Shown one piece after another: positions 46,746-55,744 of a stretch of DNA of 64,000 nt (its first letter is position 1; every line of letters starts with the position of its first letter). A program made the translations under genes and the position numbers. The stretch spans positions 39,955 to 103,954 of IMG/VR virus record IMGVR_UViG_3300046792_000297, one strand, 5' to 3'. The notes beneath the pieces are model-generated. The model searched no databases and was not told the origin of the DNA. It saw only the letters and a program-made list of their open reading frames with translations. The stretch is from a virus.

Positions 46746-46909
46746 GGCTTCGTCTCTTTCTTCAGGTGGCGAAGCAATTCCACCGCCTGCGCCTTGTTGA
46801 GCCGCTCCGCGATTCGTTGACCGACGAGCTTCGCGCTCAGCCAGAAGCCGAGCAGGAACGCCACGGCAAAAGTGAAGCAAATCGCGCTAAGCACCGCATA
46901 GATGGTCAC
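46742..46909 (-). CDS. Small single-TM protein
   Basis: Hand-translated MTIYAVLSAICFTFAVAFLLGFWL...; overlaps both neighbours by 4 nt. Confidence 0.5.
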   Translation of the reverse strand: MTIYAVLSAICFTFAVAFLLGFWLSAKLVGQRIAERLNKAQAVELLRHLKKETKP

Positions 46910-47208
46910 AGCCCCACCGCCGCCCAGAACTTGTCGGGGTTGACCGGGTGCAACTGCTTGCCGCCCTTGGCGTGGAACACCAGCAGGTCACCGCCATCCG
47001 CGATGCGAACTTCCAGCCCTTGGGCCAGGGCGCGGTCGACCTGCTCTTTGGCGGCTTGGCGGGTAATTTCTTCGTCGGGATACTGGACTGGTCCCTTGCG
47101 AAACCACTTGGAGCCGCGAGAGTAGCCGTCGCGGTCGTAGACGTAGAGCCGCCAGGGGCCGGGGCCGGGTTCGGCGTACTGCATCTTGTCAAACGTGTAG
47201 ATGGCCAT
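46906..47208 (-). CDS. Hypothetical protein
   Basis: AAGGAG RBS; TAATG coupling. Confidence 0.65.
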   Translation of the reverse strand: MAIYTFDKMQYAEPGPGPWRLYVYDRDGYSRGSKWFRKGPVQYPDEEITRQAAKEQVDRALAQGLEVRIADGGDLLVFHAKGGKQLHPVNPDKFWAAVGL

Positions 47209-47399
47209 TAGGGCTCTCCTTGGTAATAGCCGTTGACTAACTCGATATGGCCACCTTTGCTCTTTACCCAAGCTGTGAATTTGGATAAATTCGCGCCGCT
47301 AAATTTCTGAAACACCGGGGCAGTCTCGGTAATAATCCCATCAGTTACAACCACCCCCGCGACGATGTTATTCAACGCAACGACGTAAGTTTCATCCAT
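47208..47399 (-). CDS. Hypothetical protein (lower GC)
   Basis: GGAGG RBS; AGVVV.DG.I.E.AP pattern. Confidence 0.55.
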   Translation of the reverse strand: MDETYVVALNNIVAGVVVTDGIITETAPVFQKFSGANLSKFTAWVKSKGGHIELVNGYYQGEP

Positions 47400-47571
47400 G
47401 AGCCGCTGCCTCCTCGTCGATCTCTTCCACGTCCCAGTTGCGGTAGCCGACCCAGGTGGGCTCGGTATCTTCGAGCGTGTCCGCGATCCGCACCAGTTCG
47501 TCGCTGGCCTGGTTCGCGGACGCTGCTTCGACGATGCAAATGCCGGTGAAGGTGAGCCGGTACTTGGCCAT
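47392..47571 (-). CDS. Hypothetical protein
   Basis: GGAGG RBS; MAKYRL...VEA.S...A pattern. Confidence 0.55.
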   Translation of the reverse strand: MAKYRLTFTGICIVEAASANQASDELVRIADTLEDTEPTWVGYRNWDVEEIDEEAAAHG

Positions 47572-47588
47572 GACTGCCTCCACAATAA

Positions 47589-48701
47589 TTATTTCTGTTG
47601 TGCGTCCCGCTCTTCGATCTGGCGGTTCAGGTCGGCCTTGATCTGGGCTTCGGAGAACTTGCCCATCTTGCCCAGGTAGTCCTTGCGCTCGGCCACCGTC
47701 CAGCCCAGAATCTCGAACAACTGCGAGAACGGACTGACGGCGGGCTTCTCTGGTTCCTGCTTGGCAGTCGCGGTGGTGGTCGCGGCAGCCTGCTCGACCG
47801 GCGAGGGCTTGGTGTTGGCCCAGACCATCGCCTGTTCGCGCTGTTCGGGCTTGATGTCGAGCGAGGTATCCACCTTCAGCACGTCCTTCAGGAAGGCGCG
47901 GCCCTCCTTGCTGCTGTGGTTGGCCTTGGCGGCGTTGTGCCACTCGGCGGCGAAGGCGGACGCCTCCTGCTTGAGTACGGCGGCGGCGGGATCGCCGTTG
48001 CCGTTGCCGTTCGTCGCAGCAGACTGCATGGGGGTGGTCTGCTCGGCGGCGGCAGGGGCGGGCGGGAAGCTGGCTTCGATGGTGTTGGGGTAGTCCTGCA
48101 ACTCCTCCACGCACTTCATGCCGCGCAGCGCGTCGGCGAACTTGTCGCGCAGGGCGAACGCACGGGCACGCATCATCAACATGCGCTTGGGGTAGCAGTG
48201 CCAGGGCGCGGGGTTGGACATAGGGTTGCCGTCGCGGCCCGTGATCTTCTCCCGCGTGTCCCACAAGTTAGCCGTCTTGGCGTCGGCCACGCTGAAGCGC
48301 GACTCGTGAACTTCTTGTCCGCGCCGCTTAACCTGGCAGACGGCGACCAGGTTGTCGCCCTCGCCCTCCCAGAATTCTTTGTGGCCCTCGTAGGCCGGAT
48401 GCGCCTGCACAACCGCAAGCATGTCGTCGCCGAAGATACCGGGACGGCCATTGATCACCGCGATGGCGATCACCGATTGCATGATCGACAGGCCCAGCGC
48501 CTGGCCGAACTTGGCGGCCACGAACACGTCGCCGGGTTTGTTGCGGTAACTATTCGGACAGAGCGTGGAACCGGCAATGATGGTGGACAGTTCCATAGCT
48601 TCGGCCAGGTTGTCGGGCATCGTCCAGAGCCGGTCGGGCAAGGCCAGCGGCGCGGACGAGTCATCGTGGCGTGGTGCGAGAGTAAGTGCTGCGGTTCCCA
48701 T
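47589..48701 (-). CDS. RecT/Redbeta-like ssDNA annealing protein
   Basis: G..LGL..MQS...IAVINGRP, FS..DA..A.LW, PW..YPKRML..RA..FALRD.F.D.L.G. Confidence 0.88.
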   Translation of the reverse strand: MGTAALTLAPRHDDSSAPLALPDRLWTMPDNLAEAMELSTIIAGSTLCPNSYRNKPGDVFVAAKFGQALGLSIMQSVIAIAVINGRPGIFGDDMLAVVQAHPAYEGHKEFWEGEGDNLVAVCQVKRRGQEVHESRFSVADAKTANLWDTREKITGRDGNPMSNPAPWHCYPKRMLMMRARAFALRDKFADALRGMKCVEELQDYPNTIEASFPPAPAAAEQTTPMQSAATNGNGNGDPAAAVLKQEASAFAAEWHNAAKANHSSKEGRAFLKDVLKVDTSLDIKPEQREQAMVWANTKPSPVEQAAATTTATAKQEPEKPAVSPFSQLFEILGWTVAERKDYLGKMGKFSEAQIKADLNRQIEERDAQQK

Positions 48702-48727
48702 ATATCCTCCGAATTTCAAGTGCGTCA

Positions 48728-48756
48728 ATCATAAGTTATCGGTTGTGATTGCGCAA
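48728..48756 (-). promoter_or_regulatory. Sigma70-like promoter for the recombination operon
   Basis: TTGCGC-17-TATGAT on the minus strand. Confidence 0.6.
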
Positions 48757-48803
48757 GCACATTCGGCATCAATTTGCAAATAAGTTGGGGCATAAGTGAC
48801 TTA

Positions 48804-48833
48804 GTCATTGACTGTCAATGACGCGTCAATGAC
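48804..48833. promoter_or_regulatory. Three phased GTCAwTGAC palindromes (operator/iteron-like)
   Basis: Copies start at 48804, 48814 and 48825 in a divergent intergenic region. Confidence 0.65.
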
Positions 48834-48881
48834 GCGGCGTAAATTACCGTAACTTACCGGCAGTGCGCCCGGAGTGTGCCT

Positions 48882-49136
48882 ATGAGTCGAGGCGTTCACC
48901 AATGGCTGAAACAGGCGTGCGTGCGCCAGCCGCGCATCAGCGGCGGCTTCGCCATGTTGCTGCTGGAGTTCAACGAGTGGTTGTGGAAGTACGAGCAGGA
49001 ACGCTGCGCCCCGGAGCAGTTCCGCGCCATGCTGGCCGCCGAAGGTTTCGGGGTGATTGAAGTGCACGGCACGCTGCTGGTGCCCGGCCTGGGCTTAGAA
49101 GAGGACTGGGAAGCGTGCAAGCCGTTGATGGGTTAG
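48882..49136 (+). CDS. Stand-alone winged-helix-like protein (resembles D5-primase C-terminal domain)
   Basis: WL..C...L...F..W.......F...L...GF......GL.L pattern. Confidence 0.5.
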   Translation: MSRGVHQWLKQACVRQPRISGGFAMLLLEFNEWLWKYEQERCAPEQFRAMLAAEGFGVIEVHGTLLVPGLGLEEDWEACKPLMG

Positions 49137-49245
49137 AATGCTGGCAAGGCGGCGGCGTCACGCGGACGACTGAACGGGTCCAACGCTGGTAGTCGGGAAG
49201 GACGGCCAGTATCCAACCTGGCCCGCCGTGATACAGGAGACTTAG

Positions 49246-49905
49246 ATGGCCACCACGGTTGCACCCAAGACCGAACCGCTGCCGACCAGGATGCAGCACT
49301 TACCCGTCGACCCCAAGCGCGGATTCGTAGTGCCCTGGTTTGTCGATTGGATCGATGGCGTGCCCGAGTTTCGCGCGATGGACGGGTCGAAGTATCTGCG
49401 AGCAATTCGCGAGAAACTGTGCTGGGTGTGCGGCAATAAACTGGCGGGCGTGTTCGTGTTTGTCGCGGGACCCATGTGCGGAATCAACCGCACCAGTTCC
49501 GAGCCGCCCAGCCACATCGAGTGCGGACGCTGGTCGGCGCGAAACTGCCCGTTCTTGTCGAACCCCAACATGGTGCGCCGCGAGGACGACCTGATCAACA
49601 ACGCCAAGTTTCGCGACGGTGCTCCTGGCGTTGCTATTGCCCGCAATCCGGGCGTGGCTATGCTCTGGTTCACGCGCGAATATGAACTCTTCAACGACGG
49701 CAAGGGTCGAGCGCTCATCTTGATGGGTAGGCCAAGCGGCGTCGAGTGGTACTGTTACGGTCGCGCCGCCACGCGGGACGAGGTCGAGGAATCCATCGAC
49801 AACGGCATTGGGGCGCTGGAAGCGATGGCCCGCACCGAACCGGGCGGCATGGAAGACCTGGCGCGGAAGCGGCAGCGGTTCCAACGCTGGCTGCCGACGG
49901 CGTAA
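49246..49905 (+). CDS. Conserved Zn-binding phage protein
   Basis: RG..VPWFV, CWVCG, GPMC, EPP.H.EC...CPFL; AGGAG RBS. Confidence 0.8.
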   Translation: MATTVAPKTEPLPTRMQHLPVDPKRGFVVPWFVDWIDGVPEFRAMDGSKYLRAIREKLCWVCGNKLAGVFVFVAGPMCGINRTSSEPPSHIECGRWSARNCPFLSNPNMVRREDDLINNAKFRDGAPGVAIARNPGVAMLWFTREYELFNDGKGRALILMGRPSGVEWYCYGRAATRDEVEESIDNGIGALEAMARTEPGGMEDLARKRQRFQRWLPTA

Positions 49906-49923
49906 TCATTATTGGGAGGGTCG

Positions 49924-50346
49924 ATGCGAGGGTTAGTGATCGACGAGGAAGTGCGAGGAAGGGTGCAGCGCGTACTGGCTTACGCGGAGCAGAACGTCTA
50001 CCATCCACGCAAGGGGCGGCTGCCGGGCAACGATGCCCGGCTGGTGCTCCAACTCAACACCTACTGCTGCGTGTTCAGCTACACGATGGATCAGTCGACC
50101 GGCGACCTCTACCGGCACCTGTCCATCTCCATTCCCCGCGAGGGTTACATGGCGCACCCGGTCGTGGTCGCCGAGCTTGCCGGGCTCTACGGCTTCAGCG
50201 GCCACGAGCAAGGCGTGGAGGCCCGGCTGGCCAATGGCGCGTGGCTGATCAATGTGAACAAGCAGGACCACTGTATTGTGCTGGGTGAGAAGCTGGCCGA
50301 CGAGCAGAGCCAGGCCATCCTGGCGAAAGTCGAGAGCCGCGCATGA
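49924..50346 (+). CDS. Hypothetical protein
   Basis: GGAGG RBS; RHLSIS motif. Confidence 0.7.
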   Translation: MRGLVIDEEVRGRVQRVLAYAEQNVYHPRKGRLPGNDARLVLQLNTYCCVFSYTMDQSTGDLYRHLSISIPREGYMAHPVVVAELAGLYGFSGHEQGVEARLANGAWLINVNKQDHCIVLGEKLADEQSQAILAKVESRA

Positions 50347-50585
50347 CGATCCAGTACGAAGAGCCGGGAGTGCCGGTCGAGCGGGCCGTGTTCACCGACA
50401 TGCAGGGCAAGCCGCTTTGGGAAGAACAGCCCTACCAGTTCTCGCGGATGAGCGCGGTCGGTGAGTATCTGGTACAGGCGGGTCAGCCCTACACCGTGGT
50501 CCGCGTAGCGGTGTGTGAGGGCTGCATGTACGTTAACCTGGAAGCGATGGATCGCGAGGTTCCCCTCACTGGTGTGGCCCGATGA
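50343..50585 (+). CDS. Hypothetical protein
   Basis: ATGA overlaps on both sides. Confidence 0.65.
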   Translation: MTIQYEEPGVPVERAVFTDMQGKPLWEEQPYQFSRMSAVGEYLVQAGQPYTVVRVAVCEGCMYVNLEAMDREVPLTGVAR

Positions 50586-51280
50586 GCAAGTCCGGTCCCA
50601 CCGACTTGGCCGCCTACCATGCCGGGTCGCCCGGCCAGAAGGCGTGGATCACGCGCAAGAGCCGCGAAGCCAGCCAGTCGCGTCAGCCGGTGCAGGCGAC
50701 CGGCGAGGTCATGCCGCCCAAGGATGACTTCACTTCCCTCTCCGATCTGACACCCGACCCGCGCAACGCCCGCAAGCATGGCGAGCGCAACATCGCCACG
50801 CTGGAGAAGAGCCTGGAACAATTCGGCGCGGCCCGCTCCATCGTGGTCGACGAGCATGGCCGCATCCTGGCCGGGAACGGCGTGGTGGAGGCGGCGGCCA
50901 ACGTGGGCATCGAACGGGTGAAGACGGTGGAGGCGGATGGCAACGAGATCATCGCCGTGGTGCGGCGCGGGCTGACCGAAGCGCAGAAGCTGGGCCTGGC
51001 CGTGGCCGACAACCGGGTCGCCGAGTTGGCCGAGTGGGACACCACCATGCTGGCGCAGATCGGCACCGAGATCGACCTGACCCCGTTCTTTACCGAACAG
51101 GAACTGGGCGACTTGCTCAGCGACACCGAGCACCTGCGCGAAGTGGAGAAGTCGCTCCAGCCCAAACAGTTCGTGCGGGTGCTGGTCTCGGTGCCCATCG
51201 ACCACGCCGCCGAAGCCAAGGAACTGCTCGACCAACTGGCCACCGTACCGGAGATCGAGATTGACTACTCGGCGAATTGA
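50582..51280 (+). CDS. ParB/Srx N-terminal-domain protein
   Basis: L.PDPRNARKH, SL..FG..R.IVVD...ILAGNG..EAA, L..ADNR..ELAEWD. Confidence 0.88.
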   Translation: MSKSGPTDLAAYHAGSPGQKAWITRKSREASQSRQPVQATGEVMPPKDDFTSLSDLTPDPRNARKHGERNIATLEKSLEQFGAARSIVVDEHGRILAGNGVVEAAANVGIERVKTVEADGNEIIAVVRRGLTEAQKLGLAVADNRVAELAEWDTTMLAQIGTEIDLTPFFTEQELGDLLSDTEHLREVEKSLQPKQFVRVLVSVPIDHAAEAKELLDQLATVPEIEIDYSAN

Positions 51281-51289
51281 AGGATGGAC

Positions 51290-51709
51290 ATGACCAATCA
51301 ACAACTCACCGCGCTCAGCTTTCCGTGCGTCGAAGCCGAAGAGACCGGCGACCGCCGCTTCTATCGAGTGGTCGCGGACTGGAGTGTCGGGCTGACGGTC
51401 AACGTCGGCTTCGAGTGAATTGAGTTCTTTGCTGGGCTGCCCGTGTGGCACGCCTCGATTGCCAGTCCCGACCTCAAGCGTATGCGTACCAGGCCGGTGT
51501 GGGAGTGGACCGGAGCCATGCACGACAAGGCGCGGAAGATTCTGACCGATAGCCTTCGCGGCGTCGGTACGGACTGGGAGAGTTCGAGCGCGGGCGACAT
51601 CGCCATCCACACGCGCAGACGGCTGTCGCGGGAGGAAGCACGAGCGCTGTATGCCATTCTGCCCACCGCGCCGGTCTTCACCCACGGCAAGGCATTGGAA
51701 CTGCTATGA
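51290..51709 (+). pseudogene. Hypothetical gene interrupted by an in-frame TGA at 51416-51418
   Basis: The ATG 51290 frame continues after one TGA into the 51443-51709 ORF, whose GTG lacks an RBS. Confidence 0.5.
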
Positions 51710-51966
51710 CCATGAATCCCTGGCTCAAGGAATGGAATGTTTGGGTTGAGTTGACCCGCCTGGAGCGCACCGCGCTGATCGAAGTTCTTATTGACTACTA
51801 TCGCCGCGTGGACGCCACGCAGGAATTTGTGGACGTGGCGACGGGACAAACCATTAACGTAGGGGACCTGATCACGATCTTGACCAGCAAAGCCCGCGAC
51901 CAGGATGGTAACTACGTCGGCTTTGCTCTCGATAAATTACACCCAGAGCCGGGACCAATTCAGTGA
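51706..51966 (+). CDS. Hypothetical protein
   Basis: Coupled ORF. Confidence 0.6.
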   Translation: MTMNPWLKEWNVWVELTRLERTALIEVLIDYYRRVDATQEFVDVATGQTINVGDLITILTSKARDQDGNYVGFALDKLHPEPGPIQ

Positions 51967-52502
51967 CCACCAAGACCGATAACTCCTTCCTGCGCGACAA
52001 GGTTCAGCTTCGCGTGAACAACCTTCCGCCCGGCGACCTGCGGGTGCTCGACTGCTACTCGGGCAAGGGCCTGATCTGGGCCGCCGTCCAGCGGCTCACG
52101 GGGCGCAAGATCACCGTGCTGCCCATCGACAAGCGCGGCGACAAGGATGACTTCCACCTGCCCGGCGACAACCTTGCCTACCTGGAGACGCTCGACCTGA
52201 GTAAGTTCAACGTGGTGGATTTAGACGCCTACGGCGTACCGTTCGAGCAGATCGAGTGCCTGGTGCGGCGGCGCTATCAGGGCACCGTGTTCGTGACCGC
52301 CATCCAGAGCGTGATGGGCCGGTTGCCAAACGCCATGCTGGAAGCGGTTGGCTTCACCGCAGCCCAGATCGACAAGGCTCCCACACTGCTCTGCAAGCGC
52401 GGGTTCGAGTACATGCTTCAATACCTGGCCAGCATCGGCGTCAGCCGTATCCGGCACCGTTCAGTAGCTCGCAAACATTACTTCGTTATGGAGATGAAAT
52501 GA
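51963..52502 (+). CDS. SAM-dependent methyltransferase-like protein
   Basis: VLDCYSGKG motif I; F.VVDLDAYG.P motif. Confidence 0.75.
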   Translation: MTTKTDNSFLRDKVQLRVNNLPPGDLRVLDCYSGKGLIWAAVQRLTGRKITVLPIDKRGDKDDFHLPGDNLAYLETLDLSKFNVVDLDAYGVPFEQIECLVRRRYQGTVFVTAIQSVMGRLPNAMLEAVGFTAAQIDKAPTLLCKRGFEYMLQYLASIGVSRIRHRSVARKHYFVMEMK

Positions 52503-53242
52503 TTAAGCGCATCAAACGCATGGACGTTTCCCCGCTTTGGAGTTGCAGTATCCAACTGGCCAGGGAGAACTGGGCCACGCAGCCGTCGCCGTACACGGTT
52601 GACGGCGAGACCTACACCGCCACTTACTCGGTGGGCGAGGTCAGCCCGATTGACACCAGCTTTTGCACCCGGTTCCATCTCGACACCAGTAGCGCCGCCT
52701 CTGCGCTGTTCAGCCTGGCCTTGTGCTCCAACAATTTGGGAATCTTAGGAGCGGACAGCGACCACACCGTGCTGCCCTCGATCAGAGAAATCATCTATTC
52801 CGGCGAGTGGTACGTTGATCCAGCCGAGACCGACAATGTCGGCTCGGTCGAGTTAGATTTCAGCCTGTTCCTCGACACCACCTACATCCCCGGCGCGTTC
52901 CATTTTCGGCGGAGTCAGCTAAACGGGGAGAACTCGTTTCCCGATGAGTGGGACATCACCAACGGCAACAACCAATGGCAACCGACCGGCATTAGGGGCG
53001 TGGTCAGAGAGAAGGATTGGAACTCGTTCTCGCTGCACCTGGACGTGGATGCGGCGGCCAACTTTAGGTATCACTCCATCGAAATGAACGGCGACAAAGC
53101 GATCCTCGACTGGTCCTACGCCCCGATCATCCTTCCGGCCCACGCAGGATGGTGGGGAGCGCAGCCCAATGTGCAGGGCGACGCACTGAAGCGACCGCTC
53201 GACCTCTGGACGCGCGACCTTGCCGCCGAGGTCACCAACTAA
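52499..53242 (+). CDS. Beta-sandwich (lectin/ConA-like) hypothetical protein
   Basis: ATGA overlap; Trp- and strand-rich. Confidence 0.5.
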   Translation: MIKRIKRMDVSPLWSCSIQLARENWATQPSPYTVDGETYTATYSVGEVSPIDTSFCTRFHLDTSSAASALFSLALCSNNLGILGADSDHTVLPSIREIIYSGEWYVDPAETDNVGSVELDFSLFLDTTYIPGAFHFRRSQLNGENSFPDEWDITNGNNQWQPTGIRGVVREKDWNSFSLHLDVDAAANFRYHSIEMNGDKAILDWSYAPIILPAHAGWWGAQPNVQGDALKRPLDLWTRDLAAEVTN

Positions 53243-53273
53243 TCATTATTCGAGCGTGGCGGTGCTCCCGCAA

Positions 53274-53735
53274 CTAGACTTCCCCCGTTGCAATTCCTAG
53301 AACTTTTGAAGTTTGAATCATGTGTCGCCGTGCGCCCTCGGGGTCCGTTTTGCTTACTGCATGGTTCCCGAATCCATCTTCGGGGCGAATGGCATGGAGG
53401 CAATGAGGACAACACGGCAGCATATTGTGCCTACGCCACGCCTTTTCAACCTTCAATGCGGCTTTGTGCGTAACGTTCTTTGCGATTTCCTCGTCAAGCT
53501 GCTTACGGTCAGCGTCCAGCCTCTCACGCATACGCTTTAGACCCTCATTCATCGTGAGGAACGCCCACCATGCCGTGACTTGCTTTTTGCAGTCCTTGCA
53601 CTCAACCGTCTGACCGTTCTCGTCGAAGAGTAAGTGAAGGTGCGGGCACCCTATGTCGGTCGAGAAGCGTAGACCGTGAGTGTCTCCCTTCACTTCAATC
53701 CGGTAGTCCTCAATATTGAAAACCTTCAAAATCAT
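53274..53735 (-). CDS. Zn-binding hypothetical protein (lower GC)
   Basis: C.H, VEC.DC, CPHC motifs. Confidence 0.7.
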   Translation of the reverse strand: MILKVFNIEDYRIEVKGDTHGLRFSTDIGCPHLHLLFDENGQTVECKDCKKQVTAWWAFLTMNEGLKRMRERLDADRKQLDEEIAKNVTHKAALKVEKAWRRHNMLPCCPHCLHAIRPEDGFGNHAVSKTDPEGARRHMIQTSKVLGIATGEV

Positions 53736-54322
53736 ATCTCCCCCGGCGAGGACGGCACATTATTGCGAACGCGGCGGTTCTCGCGCTCGACCTGGTTGTG
53801 GTGCTGGCGGCAAAGCGTGATGCCGTTCGACACGTCGTAGCGCAGGTCGGGGTAGTCCATGAAGGGCAGGATGTGGTGGGCGTGCAGCCCCTTCCACCGG
53901 CCCTGGCTCTCGGTTGCGCCGCAGCCGCGCCACTGGCAGCGATGACCGTCGCGGGCCAGCACCTGCTTGCGCCAGGAGCGGGTCCGCGCCTTGGCGATCT
54001 TCAAGGCCGAGCACACGCCGCCCTTCCAGGCGTGGCTCTTCTCGCCGCGCTGGGCCAGGCCGATCTTCAGGCGGTGCTCGGGCGTCAGGCAGCGTTGGCG
54101 CAGCTTGGCCAGCGTGGCTTCGCTGTGGCGGCGCAGCCGCCCCGCCTCGGCGATGCGCTGGCGCGTGGCTTCCGTGTGGTGGCGGCCCTGCTTGGCGGCC
54201 CGCATCTTCTCGATCACGGGCGCAGGCATACGCTTGCCGGTCCAGTAGCCGGGCCTGCCGGTCTGGGCGCGGGAGATCGCGGCCTTGTGAGCCTCGGAGA
54301 TCGGCTTGCGCTTCTGCTTCAT
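53732..54322 (-). CDS. NUMOD3-repeat HNH homing endonuclease
   Basis: Repeated HSE.T..KI motifs; W.GG; WR..V..RD...C...C...LHAHHI...NGITLC..HH. Confidence 0.88.
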   Translation of the reverse strand: MKQKRKPISEAHKAAISRAQTGRPGYWTGKRMPAPVIEKMRAAKQGRHHTEATRQRIAEAGRLRRHSEATLAKLRQRCLTPEHRLKIGLAQRGEKSHAWKGGVCSALKIAKARTRSWRKQVLARDGHRCQWRGCGATESQGRWKGLHAHHILPFMDYPDLRYDVSNGITLCRQHHNQVERENRRVRNNVPSSPGEI

Positions 54323-54858
54323 CGCACCAGGGCGTTGATGGCCTGCATCTCGAAGTTGATGTGTTGCTGCGCGAAGGTCGTCGCATCTTCTAGCCGACCT
54401 TGGTTGAACCGTTGCCAGCTTCCATCCTCTGGATCGACCAGCCAGATTTGCGGGATGCCCATCGCCTCGTAAAGACGCAGGTTGCGCATCATTCTACCCA
54501 CCCGATTCGCCGGGCTCCAGACCTCGAACACGGCCAGCGGAGGCGTGACGGCGATCCGCTCGCGGGGCGTGGCGGCGTCGAGGATGGCCACGTCGGCGAT
54601 CAGGTAGTTCTCGGCTTTGACCTGCACTCGAAGCTCGGGCCGCACGCGGATGTTCCATTCTTCCGCGTGCTGGGCGAACCACAACTGAATCGCTAGTTGC
54701 CAAGCAGAGTGATTGTCTTCACCCACAGGTCGCTCCTCGATCTGGCCGTTGATAAAGTTGGCATCCGGTTGCCACTCGGCGGAGTGGAGGTAGTGGGCCA
54801 GCGCATTGGGCGTGGTGGCGGTGTCGTGAAGAACGGAAGCGCCAGGATTGATCGACAT
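54319..54858 (-). CDS. Uma2 (DUF820) family endonuclease-like protein
   Basis: YL....PD..F..G...ER..G...H, ELRVQV, DV, P.AV.EV.SP, Y..MG...IW.VDP. Confidence 0.88.
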   Translation of the reverse strand: MSINPGASVLHDTATTPNALAHYLHSAEWQPDANFINGQIEERPVGEDNHSAWQLAIQLWFAQHAEEWNIRVRPELRVQVKAENYLIADVAILDAATPRERIAVTPPLAVFEVWSPANRVGRMMRNLRLYEAMGIPQIWLVDPEDGSWQRFNQGRLEDATTFAQQHINFEMQAINALVR

Positions 54859-54868
54859 GGCGTGAACC

Positions 54869-55693
54869 TCAGTGGTGCTGCGGCACGCGCAGCGGGTTAG
54901 GATAGTCCTTGGGAAGATACTTCTGCAAATCCTTTTTGATGTAGTGGGCCGCGCCCAGCGATTGCAGCAGGTCCACCATGCGGTGGGTGTAGCTCTCCCA
55001 GTCGGTGCTGGCGGTCATGGGCAGGTAGTTGGCCCGGCCCACTTTGTAGAGGTCCACAAAGCCGTGCGTGGCCCGCACAATGGCCATCGAGGATTCGCAG
55101 TCCAACGTGGGCTCCAGGCTCACCCAGGTGAAGATGCCCTGCTGGTGAAACTTCTGAATAGCCGCGATGCGGTCCTCGGGCATGGCCGCGTTGCGCTCCC
55201 ACTTCTTCGAGAACGTGTCGTCCAGGCTGGTCAGCGTGGAAGCAAAGGCGTCTCGCTGGGGACGGAAGAGATCGAGATCACGCAGCGCCCTGGTGCCGCC
55301 CTTGGTCAGCGTGCAGAAGCCCAGGCCGTGGTCGCGCAGCACTTCGATGGAGTTGCGGGTCAGCAGGGTGGCCGAAGGGCTGTACACGTCCGTGGTGAAG
55401 CTGAACATGACCTGTTCGGTGATCCCGGCGGCCTGATACTTGCGGGCATCTTTGGTCAGGTGGAACAGGTAGTTGGGACGTTCGACTGCGCCCGCATCGA
55501 ATTCCGCCCGGTCCATGCGCAGCACCTTGGGCACGTAGCAGTAGGCGCAGCCGTGGCCGCAGCCCCGATAGGGATTGGCCGCCAGCGGAGAATACTCCCC
55601 GGCCTGGCCAGCCGGGGCATAGATGTAAGAGCAGCCAGGCAAAGCCTGGCTTTGCTGGGGTTGGGGTTCGATCTGAAACAAGGGAGTTTGCAT
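54869..55693 (-). CDS. Radical SAM protein (spore-photoproduct-lyase-like family)
   Basis: NPY.GCGHGC.YCY CxxxCxxC; SF.TD.Y, LTK, SLEP motifs. Confidence 0.88.
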   Translation of the reverse strand: MQTPLFQIEPQPQQSQALPGCSYIYAPAGQAGEYSPLAANPYRGCGHGCAYCYVPKVLRMDRAEFDAGAVERPNYLFHLTKDARKYQAAGITEQVMFSFTTDVYSPSATLLTRNSIEVLRDHGLGFCTLTKGGTRALRDLDLFRPQRDAFASTLTSLDDTFSKKWERNAAMPEDRIAAIQKFHQQGIFTWVSLEPTLDCESSMAIVRATHGFVDLYKVGRANYLPMTASTDWESYTHRMVDLLQSLGAAHYIKKDLQKYLPKDYPNPLRVPQHH

Positions 55694-55709
55694 TTTCAAC
55701 CTCAATGTT

Positions 55710-55738
55710 AGTATAGCACATTAATCAGAATCATGCCA
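55710..55738 (-). promoter_or_regulatory. Sigma70-like promoter (extended -10)
   Basis: TGGCAT-17-TATACT with TG upstream of the -10. Confidence 0.5.
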
Positions 55739-55744
55739 GACGAT

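Noticed and set aside
50582-51280. Plasmid-prophage partition system
   Set aside because: The ParB-like protein lacks an evident HTH and no ParA is visible; the context fits modification-associated ParB-N proteins better.
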